Shown one piece after another: positions 24,357 to 35,849 of a stretch of DNA of 64,000 nt. Every line of letters begins with the position of its first letter. The stretch's first letter is position 1. The position numbers and the translations under genes were made by a program. The stretch comes from Anthoceros angustus (Eukaryota; Plantae; Anthocerotophyta): NCBI GenBank assembly GCA_010909165.1, contig VJWM01000106.1, positions 682,001-746,000 of the forward strand, read 5' to 3'. The notes below the pieces were generated by a model that saw only the letters and a program-made list of their open reading frames with translations, ran no database searches and had not been told where the DNA came from.

Positions 24357-26904
24357 ATTCCTAAACACAGTGGCAGCCCGCAAGAACAAGAAGCCGCACC
24401 GCGCAGACAACACACACCTCGTTCAAGCGCAGATCATTCAGTTCAACAGGCAAGCAGCACTAGAGCACAAGCAGTGTGCCGCTGGCCCGGAGCCCCCAGT
24501 TCACTGCAAGGCCTAACACCGTGCTTGTGCTCCGCTGGCTTGAAGCCTCCAGTTCACTAGAATGCCAGGCCACCAGGTTCCAGCACAGCCAATTCCACGC
24601 TCGAGAAAAGTCCCTCAATTCCGTCACCCGCGGCAACCGCATTGTCGGAGAGCTTCCCACAGCTCTCTCCCTCAGGAGTCAGGAGTCAAGAGTCAGAAAC
24701 ATGCAGCACTTGGCTAACGCTTAACCTTCCTTTCACTGCGCTTCCAGATCGCGCCTTGCATGCACGCAAGGTGAGACGCGTCGTAAGGGTTTAGCAGAGC
24801 GCAGGAGAGCAGAGCGACACTATGGTACGGCAGTATGAGCAGCGGACACATTTCCTGCCATCGCCTGGTACTACTTCTCCTACTACTCCTTCCCTTTCCC
24901 GTTCAGAGCGGAGGCTGGACCTCTTGACTCTCAGGCAACGCTGCAGCTACATGGTCGGCCGTGACCCGCGCCCGCGTCCGCACTGGCCCGATCGAAGCCC
25001 CATCTCACTAACCAGCAACCAGCTAGACGACATCGACGCCATCGCGGATCGTGGACTCAGTTAGTCGCCGGTTTGGAGCCGTTGAGGTGGCATGGCGTTC
25101 TACGCCCCAGCCGTTAAGATCAACGAACATCAGAGGACCAAACCGTTTTACGAATCTCCCCGAAAGACGCAAAATCCAGTCACAGGAAATCAATTTTTTA
25201 AGTTTAGGATGAGCTGCTGGCTGGTGGTGTGCTGTACATCATCGGCGACACGTTGAAACTTCCACATATCGGATTGGCCACAGCGGGTGTCCGGGTGTAG
25301 CTCACACGCCGAGAGCACTAAAAATAATAAACGACACAGAACGGCCATGTGCTGCCGCCGATCTCATCACACGCCTCGGTCGTTAGGAAGTGCATGTGAG
25401 GGAGCTTTTCACTATACCTCCAACAGGGGTATAGGGGACTCGATCAAGGCCTGGGTGAATTGGCTAGTGATTTTTATTTTTTAGATCAATGCGTAGCAGA
25501 TTCAGAGATCGAATCCGACTCCCTTTGTGCAAGGGGAGAGTTTGTTTGGGGGAAGGCCTCGCGATTCCTTGCCTCCAAATTTTATTGGCTAGAAAACGTA
25601 CATATCCAGCTTATCTGCACTTCCTCGTAGTGGTTAGAACTCTAGTTCGATGTCTAGATCAATATGAACTATCTAGCTTATCCGCACTTCACCGTAGTGT
25701 TTGGAACTCTGATTCAATGTCTGGACCTTAATGCCATTCTAATTAATGTTTGATTGTTAGCGGACTTAAAGTACATAGTATAGCACTCAAAGTATAGCTG
25801 ACTTTAAGTGGAGAGTATAACCAATTTTATATAGAAAGTATAGTCGACTTTAGGTAGAGACTGAAACTTAATGCAAGGACTCCACTCTAAACTATGTCTA
25901 ATTGTTAAGTGACTTAAGAAGTGGGACAAAGTGTAGTAACTTAGAATAATCCACCTCAAGGATTTGACCTAATACCCCACGATGACTGACCATATTTATT
26001 TACAAAGTGAACTTAATGTAAAATCTAGTAAGTATAACGTAAATGAGTATAGATTAAAAATTTTAATCGCATTGGAATTACTTTGTTGATAGACCTCTAC
26101 TGAATTTACATTTCTTTAACAATGTCATGATGAACAAAAGTTTGCATTGTTTCGAACAAAAATCTGCATCCTAGTAATATTGTTGTAAAGTACATAGTGC
26201 CTAAAAGTATGTTTGAAAGATGATGTTTATCAAAGTTATTTAAAGAAAGTATATGCAATCCTTTGTAAATAGATTGGTGCTTCTTGTTCCTGACAAGTAT
26301 GGCAATTGTAAAAAGTGAAAATATAAACCCCTAGAAACTGAAGTGTGCACTGGACAGCAACAGCATGCATGCATTTACAAAGATAATATTGGAATCATGT
26401 CTTTTTTCCGTTGTGATCATAGGCATTGTAAGCGGTAGGATGAAAGGCTTCGATGTAAGTCTACATATGCGTACTTGGCTACCAAGGCTCTATGGATTGA
26501 GCTTCTAGTCGATCCATGTGTGTGCGATTTTCTTCAAACGTTGTAGCTGCCTAATTTTTAATTTCGTGGTGGAGATTATTTATTACCCGCACTATGACAA
26601 GGGTCCTCATTTTTATCTCTTCATTCTTATCTCTAGCATATAGCTAGCATGGCCTAGGGGTAAAGGGTTCAAATACCAAGGTCCACCTCATTCTTTAAAA
26701 TATAGGAATGGATTATTATTTTTTATTATTGAAAAAGATCCTTACCACTATATATGCTTTATTTACAAGCAAATGAATATATGTTCAAAAGATATCCCGT
26801 ACTAGTCTGCCACATCGATCCTTTACTTCTCACACTAAATTTTCAATATAGAAAAGGCATCATATAAATATATCAAAAGAAAATTTGCTCGTACCAAGCA
26901 TATA

Positions 26905-27632
26905 ATGACTCGCACCAAGCAAACAGTCCACAGGAGTGATTCTGTCACAGGTCCAAGGAAGCAGCTTGGCTCTAAGGCTGCTAAAATTTGCGATCCAACT
27001 ACTGGAAAGGTCAAGAAGCCACACTGCCATCGTCCCGGAGTTGTGTCTCTCCGGTAAGGTCATAGCAAGCATTGAGCGGTAGGTCATGTCTAATCGCTTC
27101 TTGCACACATTCTTTGTGCATGTGCAACTCCTCGGTCAAGCTCTTCAAATTTGCTTGTAAACAATTCTAAGTGATGTTCATGGTGATGGCATGTTTCTAT
27201 ATACAATGCGATAAGGAAGTACCACAAGAGCATGGAACTATAAATCCGGAAGTTGCCCTTCCAACGCTTGGTGAAGAGATTTCACGCGACCTCAAGGTGA
27301 TGTATAACGAGCTCTAGTGTTGTATTAAACATGTTGGCCTTTCAAATTGTTGTATTTCTTTACACAAGAACATATGCATAGGTAATAAGTAACATTATGC
27401 ATATGATTACTATTTTTTGTTGTTCTAACTTAGCTTGACTCATTGGAAAATGTACATGCAAACGGATTTGCGATTCCAAAGCTATGCAGTTATTGCCCTT
27501 CAAGCAGTTGCCGAAGCATATCTTGTAGGCCTCTTTGAAGAAACCAACTTATGTGCCATCCATACTAAGAGGGTCACCATAATGCCTAAAGACCTGCAGC
27601 TGGCAAGACAAATTTGTGGAGAGGGATTATAA
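26905..27632 (+). pseudogene. Histone H3.3-type pseudogene, 3 exons
   Basis: [35 protein letters not shown]|intron|IRKYHKSMEL*IRKLPFQRLV(frameshift)..DLK|intron|[56 protein letters not shown]. Internal TAA, frameshift, and exon-3 acceptor CAG changed to CAA. Confidence 0.9.
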
Positions 27633-28255
27633 AGATATCGATTAATAGTTTGAAACAACTTTCTCGAATTATTGTGATTTTCATAAAAATAAAATAATGA
27701 CTTTTATACATTATAGCATTATAAGAGAGAAGGGTCATTTTATTACACTAACTTAGCCATATGTTACTGCGTGTTTTACAAGAGACCTTTTAAGGTGTTG
27801 TGAGCTCAATGTAACAGTTCCTCAACAACCTAGTTAGGACCATGTAATTTAAGGCTTTGCATTTTCGAAAGACAAGATCGCATGCATTTTGTCCAACGTT
27901 CATTTAGTTGAAGTTCATTTATTTTTGTTAATTATGGTGCATTAGGATTCATTAATCATCTTCTTTAGGGTACTTCAAGTAGATCCCCGTGCTGTACGTA
28001 CCGGATGATCGCCTCTTGCATGCAGGTCAAAACCGTTGACTGAGGGTTCTCTCGTTAATGGGTAATAATATCACATTAGGGTAGCACCTAAAAGTGGGTT
28101 TGGAAGATAATAATTATGGAAGAAAATATAATTTATATTCTTAGATTTTATATAAAAATAATATAATTATATATTATAATAAATATTTCTATATATATCA
28201 ATAGTACGTAGTATGATAACTTAATTGAAAGAACTTCGAAAGCTGTAGCAAATAA

Positions 28256-29545
28256 TCAAAGTCTAAATTCTAATATGCTATCCAGATGCATGTAGACCGG
28301 GTCGCCACTGGATACATGAAGGGGATCGCTCAAGAAGCATGAAACTTCTGGATCGACTGCAAGCAGTACTGGTAGTGTGAACTTGAAGCAAATGTATCTT
28401 CCAGGTGTTCCACAGCATGTCGACGTTGGCGTGATGCGGGAACAAATTGGGGTCCTGAGCAGAGTGACTAGGCGTGGCCCAGATCCTCCTTCAGCGGCTT
28501 GCGCGGGTCCCCGCACCAGGTGTGCACCGCACCGTGAGGCCCCTCTCCAATTGGAGATTGCTTGCGTGCTCGGGCTGCGTGTCGCCAGCTCGGCAAGGAC
28601 CACACCGTCCTGGCTAGCGACACCACGGACTGGTGCATCACCGCGTTGTTGATGTCCCGCAGCTCCTCCTCCGAGTCCGTCACGACCTCGTAGTTCGTGC
28701 CTAGGGTGAGGTCCAGGATCACCGGATACCTGTGCCTTGCATCGCGATTTGCCGTAGCTAACCCTGGATACTTGGCCTGCGGGCAGGCAGGCCAGGACAA
28801 TCCAAGAGGATCTCGATTGTGAGAAGCTCGATCCTCACAATCAAGAACAATTGTGAGGTTCGGATTCTCGATTGTGAGATTTTTTGTAAAAGCAAAGAAC
28901 TTAGCAAGATCTGTGCATTCTGGCAGCTCCCTCGGCAATCAATGGAGGCTTGGAATTGAGAAAGAGCGATGGAAATTATCACCTCGTCTTCGAACATGGG
29001 AGGAACCGCGTGGCGAAGAGGATCCAGGATCGCCTGGCTATCCCAGGCTCAGTAGGACAGGGCGGATGAGTCGTCTCCGATCAAGCTTCGCAGAATTCTC
29101 TCATGGAAGTACATGAACCAGCGGTGGAACGGGAAGAAGAGCCTTGTCCTGTGCACATTGTAGTACGTCTTGGAGGAATTCCTGTGCAGGAGGCAGGTGA
29201 GCCCGTGAGCGACTGACACAGGAGTAATTGGACAGACTGTGACGAAACAAAGCTTTGGCAAGTAGGTACTTCCCAAACTACCACCAAAATGCTTCAGCCT
29301 AGTCTACACACACGACTGGTTTTGGGCAAGATGTGGAACTCGTATATGCCTGGTGAGGTGCGAGATTTGGTTCACTATTCAGTTGGAAGGAATGGATGCT
29401 TTGTGTCCTGAATTCATGTTGAATGAAATGGCGAGCACACAGACTTAGACTTGTAGGAAGTGTAAGGAAGCATGCAATGTTCATGAGTTCACGATGCCAG
29501 TTGGTGGAGCACCTTTAGGTCAAGTCGCGGCTGGCAGGCACACGT
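28256..29545 (-). pseudogene. PPO: Polyphenol oxidase (tyrosinase/catechol oxidase family) pseudogene
   Basis: CuA region [33 protein letters not shown]; CuB region PHGAVHTWCGDP..EDLG..SAQDPNLFPHHANVDMLWNTWK; N-terminal PKGAPPTGIVN; several stops and frameshifts. Confidence 0.88.
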
Positions 29546-29587
29546 GTAAGAAGTTGTAACACGATGCCTAGGGTTCACTTTTGGTGC

Positions 29588-30403
29588 TCAATGCGGAGGT
29601 GGTGGAGATGGCGATGGCGTTGCACCAGGAGGGCTGAGAGGGGAGGCGGCAGGAGGAGGAGGGGGTTGGAGGATTAGGTTCCGCCAGAAAGGGTGGACGG
29701 GCTGGATAGGCCAGACGAGCTCGGAGTCGAAGATGGCGTCGTGCTGGTCGAGGCAGAGGCGGAGGAAGGCGGAGAGGGAGGGGAGGGAGGCCGGGGGGGA
29801 GAGGAGGAGGCCCTGGATGGCGGCGGGGTCGTCTGGGAGGAGCTCGCCGGCGGTGGCCTTGAGGGAGTCGATGGCCAGCACCTGGTTCTCCTTGTTCATG
29901 GCGGAGAGCATGGCGCCCCACTTGAGCATGCCGAGGTTGAGCCTCGTTGCGGCCCCCGTCACAGCGTCCGCTGGGAGGCCCTCGTATGGGCCCAGGTTGG
30001 TGGCGCTCACGTAGGCGCAGAACCAAGCGGGGAAGGCGCGGTACGGGATGTCTTCGCTGAAGGAGAGGACGCACACCGCGTCCAGTTCCGAGGACGCGTC
30101 CGGGAGGCTGAGCGCGCGGAGGAGCGCCATTAGGACTTGCGACTCCGCCTCCACCATGTGGAGCACGCAGGTCGGGTACACCAGCAGGCAGCCGCTGATC
30201 TTCTCCAGCGCCACGGAGCCCGAGGCCCGCTGCAGGAGCTCCGACTGGTAGGTCATCTGGTGCTGCTTGCTCATCTCCTTGTTCACACACTTGGCTGCAA
30301 ACATCACCCGGCTGCTCGTGCCCTTCCTGGACGACAGCTGCACGCCCTCCAGCACCTTGTCCAGGAGCGTGTACCGCGGCATGCTCATGATGTAGTCGTC
30401 CAT
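29588..30403 (-). CDS. DYBLUP/MOT7/TEX47 (C7orf62)-like BLUF-fold axonemal protein, intronless, 271 aa
   Basis: ISGCLLVYPTCVLHMVEAESQVLMALL, VLSFSEDIPYRAFPAW, LLP..IQGLL and FDSELVWP match, from recall, the TEX47 pattern (TGLLLIYP..LH.LE; SHNIP.RLF.QW; LDSEVVWP). GC-rich codon usage. Confidence 0.78.
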   Translation of the reverse strand: MDDYIMSMPRYTLLDKVLEGVQLSSRKGTSSRVMFAAKCVNKEMSKQHQMTYQSELLQRASGSVALEKISGCLLVYPTCVLHMVEAESQVLMALLRALSLPDASSELDAVCVLSFSEDIPYRAFPAWFCAYVSATNLGPYEGLPADAVTGAATRLNLGMLKWGAMLSAMNKENQVLAIDSLKATAGELLPDDPAAIQGLLLSPPASLPSLSAFLRLCLDQHDAIFDSELVWPIQPVHPFWRNLILQPPPPPAASPLSPPGATPSPSPPPPH

Positions 30404-32142
30404 CTTGCCTCTCTGGATTGCGCCTGTGCTTGCGAGCCTTCAAAATTTATACCACAATTCCCTCACCAGCCTGCTCCTACTGATCCTTGATCCCCGGACC
30501 ATCACATGTACATATATGTTTCGAAGCCTCCCTCATTCCACTCCATCTGTGGCAGACGCACAGAGCGCCAGCGTTCTTGAAACCGCTGTCACATGGAACT
30601 GAAAATGTGCACCAAGTTTTCTCTATTCCACGCCTCCATCGGTCGTCGATTCTCAGTTTGCCAAAACAATGACAAGGTTTTCTCTCGTCGTTGTTTGTAT
30701 CATAATCCATCTTCGTTGTCCATGCTAGCTCGCAGGTGCACAATAAGATGATTTGGTTGATGGTACGTCTTCAATACAAGCGCCTTGTACCAATCCGCTC
30801 TAAAATTTTCATAATATATAGTGTTTTAGTACCTACTTAACTACATTGGCAGTTGGAAGGAGATGGGTTCCAATCCCAATTCGAGTCTTTCTACGTTTGT
30901 ATTTGTATTTCTTTTTTAAATAAATATTTTTTATAATATTAAAATGTACTTGTATCTTTTTTTTAAATAAATATTTTTTATAATCTTGAAATATATCAAT
31001 GAGATTAATTTCTATTATTTATATGAAGATAGGGTCTATCTCTATTTTTTACATAAAGATTTATCCACTCTTTTTTTACATAAAGATCCTATGTAATCTT
31101 GAATATATAGATGAAGCTAGTCTCTATTTTTTACATAAAGATTCTAATCCTGAAACTGACTTACTAACTTTCGCAATAGCATGGTGATGATATCTGGAAC
31201 AAGGAGAGTTGCCAACAGTATCTCGGACAGGGAGAGTTGCCAACATGATTATTGCCAAAAGGAAAGTTGTATTCGTGCATAATACAACACCATACTCTCT
31301 GAGCAAAGGAACCCTTCTATAAGCTAGGACCATACGAATCTTAACACTCAAATGTACATACCATATATTAGATTGGATAGGTTTATGCTTAAGTAACAAA
31401 ACTTCTATTTTTACCTAATCCTGAATCAGACTTTTTCAATAGCATGGCGATAACATCTTTTCTTTTTACATAAAGTTCCCCTAATCATAAGAGTCTCCCC
31501 TCCTAATCTTGAAACAAATTTTAAGATAGAAAGACTGTATATTATAAACACTCAAATGTACATACCATATATTAAATTGGATAGGTTTTTGCCTAAGCAA
31601 CAAAAATTCTATTTTTTATTTAACTTCAAACCTATGTAGCATGTCTGGATAAATATTATTGCTTTTCTTATCGTAAACAACTTTCATCTTTTTATGTGGT
31701 TAGGGTTCTAATTATTTAAGAAACTTATAAGAAGACTCTTACAAGAACATTTTTTCATTGCTTCAATATAGTTTGGAACATACTTTAACTCCATCTCATT
31801 TAATTCAAAATTATTTTTATTCCTTAAATTTTTCTAGTTTTGATAATAATATCTAGATTTTATATTTATGATAATTAAATATAAAAAATTATATTCTGAA
31901 CAATACCTATATCTTCCTCAACTAATAGGAAGATATTTTTATTAAGCTAAAATGGTATGGGATCGACCCCCCAATCTCTCTATTAAATTTCTTATTGTGA
32001 TGTTGAAAGTTGGGAAGGAAATTTGAATCCGTAGATTCATATTAGGCATTGCAAAGGAAATCTTGGGCTAAAGTTGAGGAGAACGTGAATATTAGTTTTG
32101 AGGTGAAATTGTTGATCTAGTCATTTTTACAATGAATAATAT

Positions 32143-32532
32143 TCATTCCTTTAAGATAGAAACATGACCTCTTGTACCCACTACAAGTGAACATTTATGC
32201 GTTCCTAAATCGTACATTGGGTCCTTCTTCCTCACAATAAAATCTTTAACTCTTATAATATTACCTTTCTGAATCAAATCTTGATACAAGTGCACATTAG
32301 GTTCTATAAGGTCTAAAGTTATTGTACCACATTTCCATATGTCTTCAAGATCCACTTTCAAGATCTCGAATTTACTACAAGGAGGACTATGCCAATAAGT
32401 CCCATACCTTTCACTAACAATACGACCGTCAAAAAAAGCGTCTTTGGTATCCTCATGAATATCAAAGATCAAAGTCCTCTTGAAAGGCATTTTTGCCTTG
32501 GAGGATGGGTTGGGAGACAGTTCTTTCTTCAA
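32143..32532 (-). mobile_element. RPA1-like OB-fold fragment in an AT-rich island (about 30.8-32.8 kb), probably Helitron-associated
   Basis: VDLEDIWKCGTITLDLIEPNVHLYQDLIQKGNIIRVKDFIVRKKDPMYDLGTHKCSLVV fits the DUF223/RPA70 OB pattern; no Rep/helicase seen. Confidence 0.55.
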
Positions 32533-33096
32533 TACTTGTGTGTTTTATTACCGAGTTTGAACCAACTTTGTGGAAACAAAGATGATAAATTTTAATTGGA
32601 TTTATAATAAATATTAATCCAATCTATCATTCCATTCATTAGATACTAAGATGAAAAAGAATGTCAAGCTTTTAGTAGTTTTTCTCCTTTTCTTGTAGTT
32701 ACTAGAAAGCATAGGCCAGCACCAACCATGAAGGAAGATTCATGTTCATGAAGATATGTACAAATAGGAAACTGATGTTTGTATATACTTATAATGTACA
32801 AAATCGTGACGTTTATTTAAAATCTCCAAAAGAAGATGAAAGCCAAGGTTATGTGACCTTAATTGTTTAGGCTGTGGATGCCTGGGTGGGTTTCCTTTGA
32901 GCTAGGTATGTATATGTTCAAGAAAGAGAGCCGAGGAGTGTAGAGATGAGAAAACAAAGGTGAGAGTAGTATAGGTATACGTACTAGTTAGAGTTAAAGG
33001 GTAGGAAGGGAGGGAGATCAAAAAAGAGGGGGTTCGGTATGCTGGGGAAGGAGGGGGAAGAAATAGATGAGAGTAAGAGAGAGAGTAAGAGTAAGA

Positions 33097-34434
33097 CTAA
33101 GCAGCGGCAGCTTCCTCCTCCTCCTCAAACTCGCCTTCCTCGTCGGCGGACGCGTCCTGATACTGCTGGTACTCGGAGACGAGGTCGTTCATGTTGCTCT
33201 CGGCCTCGGTGAACTCCATCTCGTCCATGCCCTCGCCGGTGTACCAATGCAAGAAAGCCTTGCGGCGGAACATGGCGGTGAACTGCTCGCTGACGCGCTT
33301 GAACATCTCCTGGATGGCGGTGCTGTTGCCGATGAAGGTGGCGGACATCTTGAGGCCCTTGGGCGGGATATCGCAGACGCTGCACTTGACGTTGTTGGGG
33401 ATCCACTCCACGAAGTAGGACGAGTTCTTGTTCTGCACATTCAGCATCTGCTCGTCCACCTCCTTGGTGGACATCCGGCCCCGGAACATGGCGGAGGCGG
33501 TGAGGTAGCGGCCGTGGCGGGGGTCGGCGGCGCACATCATGTTCTTGGCGTCCCACATCTGCTGCGTCAGCTCCGGCACCGTGAGGGCGCGGTACTGCTG
33601 CGAGCCCCGGGAGGTGAGCGGCGCGAAGCCCGCCATGAAGAAGTGCAGGCGGGGGAAGGGCACCAGGTTCACCGCCAGCTTCCGGAGGTCGCTGTTGAGC
33701 TGGCCGGGGAATCTGAGGGAGCAGGTGATGCCGCTCATGGTGGCCGAGATGAGGTGGTTGAGGTCGCCGAAGGTGGGCGTGGTGAGCTTGAGGGTGCGGA
33801 AGCAGATGTCGTACAGCGCCTCGTTGTCCAGGCACATGCACTCGTCCGCGTTCTCCACCAGCTGGTGCACCGACAGCGTCGCGTTGTACGGCTCCACCAC
33901 CGTGTCGGACACCTTCGGGGACGGCACGATGCTGAAGGTGACCATCATGCGGTCCGGGTACTCCTCCCGGATCTTGGAGATGAGGAGGGTGCCCATGCCG
34001 GACCCCGTGCCGCCGCCCATGGAGTGGCACATCTGGAAGCCCTGCAGGCAGTCGCAGCTCTCCGCCTCCTTGCGCACCACGTCCAGCACGCTGTCGATCA
34101 GCTCCGCTCCCTCCGTGTAGTGGCCCTTGGCCCAGTTGTTGCCCGCGCCCGTCTGCCCGAAGATGAAGTTGTCCGGCCTGAAGATCTGCCCGTACGGGCC
34201 CGACCGCACGCTGTCCATGGTGCCCGGCTCCAGATCCATCAGCACCGCGCGCGGCACGTACCGCCCGCCCGACGCCTCGTTGTAGTACACGTTGATCCGC
34301 TCCAGTTGCAGGTCACTGTCGCCGTGGTACGTGCCCGTCGGGTCGATGCCGTGCTCGTCGCACACCACTTCCCAGAACTTGGCTCCGATCTGGTTCCCGC
34401 ATTGCCCGCCCTGGATGTGCAGGATTTCTCTCAT
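33097..34434 (-). CDS. TUB: Beta-tubulin, intronless, axonemal-type C-terminus, 445 aa
   Basis: MREI start, GGGTGSG motif, uninterrupted ORF, tail [16 protein letters not shown]. Confidence 0.98.
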   Translation of the reverse strand: MREILHIQGGQCGNQIGAKFWEVVCDEHGIDPTGTYHGDSDLQLERINVYYNEASGGRYVPRAVLMDLEPGTMDSVRSGPYGQIFRPDNFIFGQTGAGNNWAKGHYTEGAELIDSVLDVVRKEAESCDCLQGFQMCHSMGGGTGSGMGTLLISKIREEYPDRMMVTFSIVPSPKVSDTVVEPYNATLSVHQLVENADECMCLDNEALYDICFRTLKLTTPTFGDLNHLISATMSGITCSLRFPGQLNSDLRKLAVNLVPFPRLHFFMAGFAPLTSRGSQQYRALTVPELTQQMWDAKNMMCAADPRHGRYLTASAMFRGRMSTKEVDEQMLNVQNKNSSYFVEWIPNNVKCSVCDIPPKGLKMSATFIGNSTAIQEMFKRVSEQFTAMFRRKAFLHWYTGEGMDEMEFTEAESNMNDLVSEYQQYQDASADEEGEFEEEEEAAAA

Positions 34435-35079
34435 GTTTGCAGATCTAGAATGATGGACCCGGCCGGCGCGCGCCTCACACTACTCCTGCTCCTCACTCCG
34501 TTTATTGCAACCTTGCTGATGTTTGCAACACAGATTGATTGTCCTGCACCTACGCTACAGCTTCTGCACAATGCCTCTGCTTCCTTCGGCCTGCTCAACG
34601 GACGAGTTCCGAAATCCACCACCTAGAGATGCATGCATCCACACCACCACCACAGCACTGTTATATCTTAACAATGTGCCAATGATGTTGGGTCCAGCAA
34701 GCACTGGAGAGATGGCAAGCGAAGCAGAAGCAGAAGCAGAAGCAGAAACCGAAACAGGCCCAGGGAGGAGGAGGAGGAAGTCTAGAAGCCAACCGCCTTG
34801 CGAGGAAGAGCAGTGCTGGCCGCGTCCTGCTCGCGAGAAAGGGCCTTGCCGCCCTTCACTGCCCAGCTTGTAACTGCCACCCTTCTCTGGACGCTCCCTT
34901 TCAATGCCCCCTTCGTAACTGCCTTTCAACCCCCGGGGGCTGGCGGACACACAAGCCCTACTCTCTAACTGCGCTGCATTGGGTTCCGGTTAACTTAGCC
35001 TAACCTTTTTCTCCTTCGTCCCTCCGCCAGCCTCGCTCGGCCTTCCAGCATTCCCGAATCCATCTTTGCCAGAGCATCC

Positions 35080-35224
35080 ATGGGCGTGGTGAGGCTCAGG
35101 CTGGCCCGCTTCGGCCGCAAAAACCTGCCCTTCTACCGCATCTTTGCGGCCGACAGCCGGAGCCCGCGCGACGGCAAGCACCTCGAGGTGCTAGGCCACT
35201 ACAACCCGCTGCCTGGTACGCTTG

Positions 35225-35272
<48 letters not shown>

Positions 35273-35650
35273 AAGCCCTAACCTCTTCCCACCGGAAGGA
35301 ACTTCACTCAATTCAGCTGGCATGGACATCTCTTGACTCTTGTTGTGATGCGTTGCGCTGTTCAGGAAAGGATGGTATGAAGCGGATTGGGATCAAAAGC
35401 GATCGGATCAAGTAAGCCTGCCCTCATGACCTCGCTGTGCATTCTCCTACCTTCTCTCTCACAGCAGCAGGGACCACGTCCATGGTGTTGCAGGTACTGG
35501 CTGTCGGTAGGAGCGCAGCCCTCCGACCCCGTCGCGCGCTTGTTGCACAAGGCAGGCATTTTGCCTGCGCCGCCCTTATCTAAAGGGACGCCCAAGAATC
35601 TGGATACCAATCCTGTGGCTGCTGCAAAGATTGCTGCTTCGGGAAAATGA
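35080..35650 (+). CDS. RPS16: Nucleus-encoded organellar ribosomal protein S16 (exons 35080-35215, 35366-35411, 35494-35650)
   Basis: [43 protein letters not shown] / [15 protein letters not shown] / [17 protein letters not shown]; GT-AG introns in consistent phase. Confidence 0.93.
35221..35271. repeat. (CCTG)n microsatellite in RPS16 intron 1
   Basis: Run of about 12 GCCT units read directly. Confidence 0.9.
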
Positions 35651-35849
35651 GAGCAAGATCATGCAAGCTTTCCGCCCGCCGTGATCGACTGTCTGCTATT
35701 TCATCACACCGACGGCTTCTTCTGTCTTTTCAAGTTCCAACGGGTTGATTTGGTCTCACGGGCCACTCAGTTTTGCTGTTCCATGAGAAATTGCCGGCAG
35801 TAGCGAAGCTGCTACTCACCTTGTATGATACACATTTCAGTAACAACGT

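Noticed and set aside
26640-26695. tRNA/SINE-like A- and B-box motifs (also at about 30865)
   Set aside because: No cloverleaf and atypical box spacing; too degenerate to call.
29568-30443. 291-aa alternative-frame and antisense ORFs
   Set aside because: Shadows of the GC-rich DYBLUP-like ORF.
33067-34626. 519-aa plus-strand ORF and 301-aa alternative-frame ORF over tubulin
   Set aside because: Shadow frames caused by the GC-rich codon usage of beta-tubulin; no recognisable motifs.
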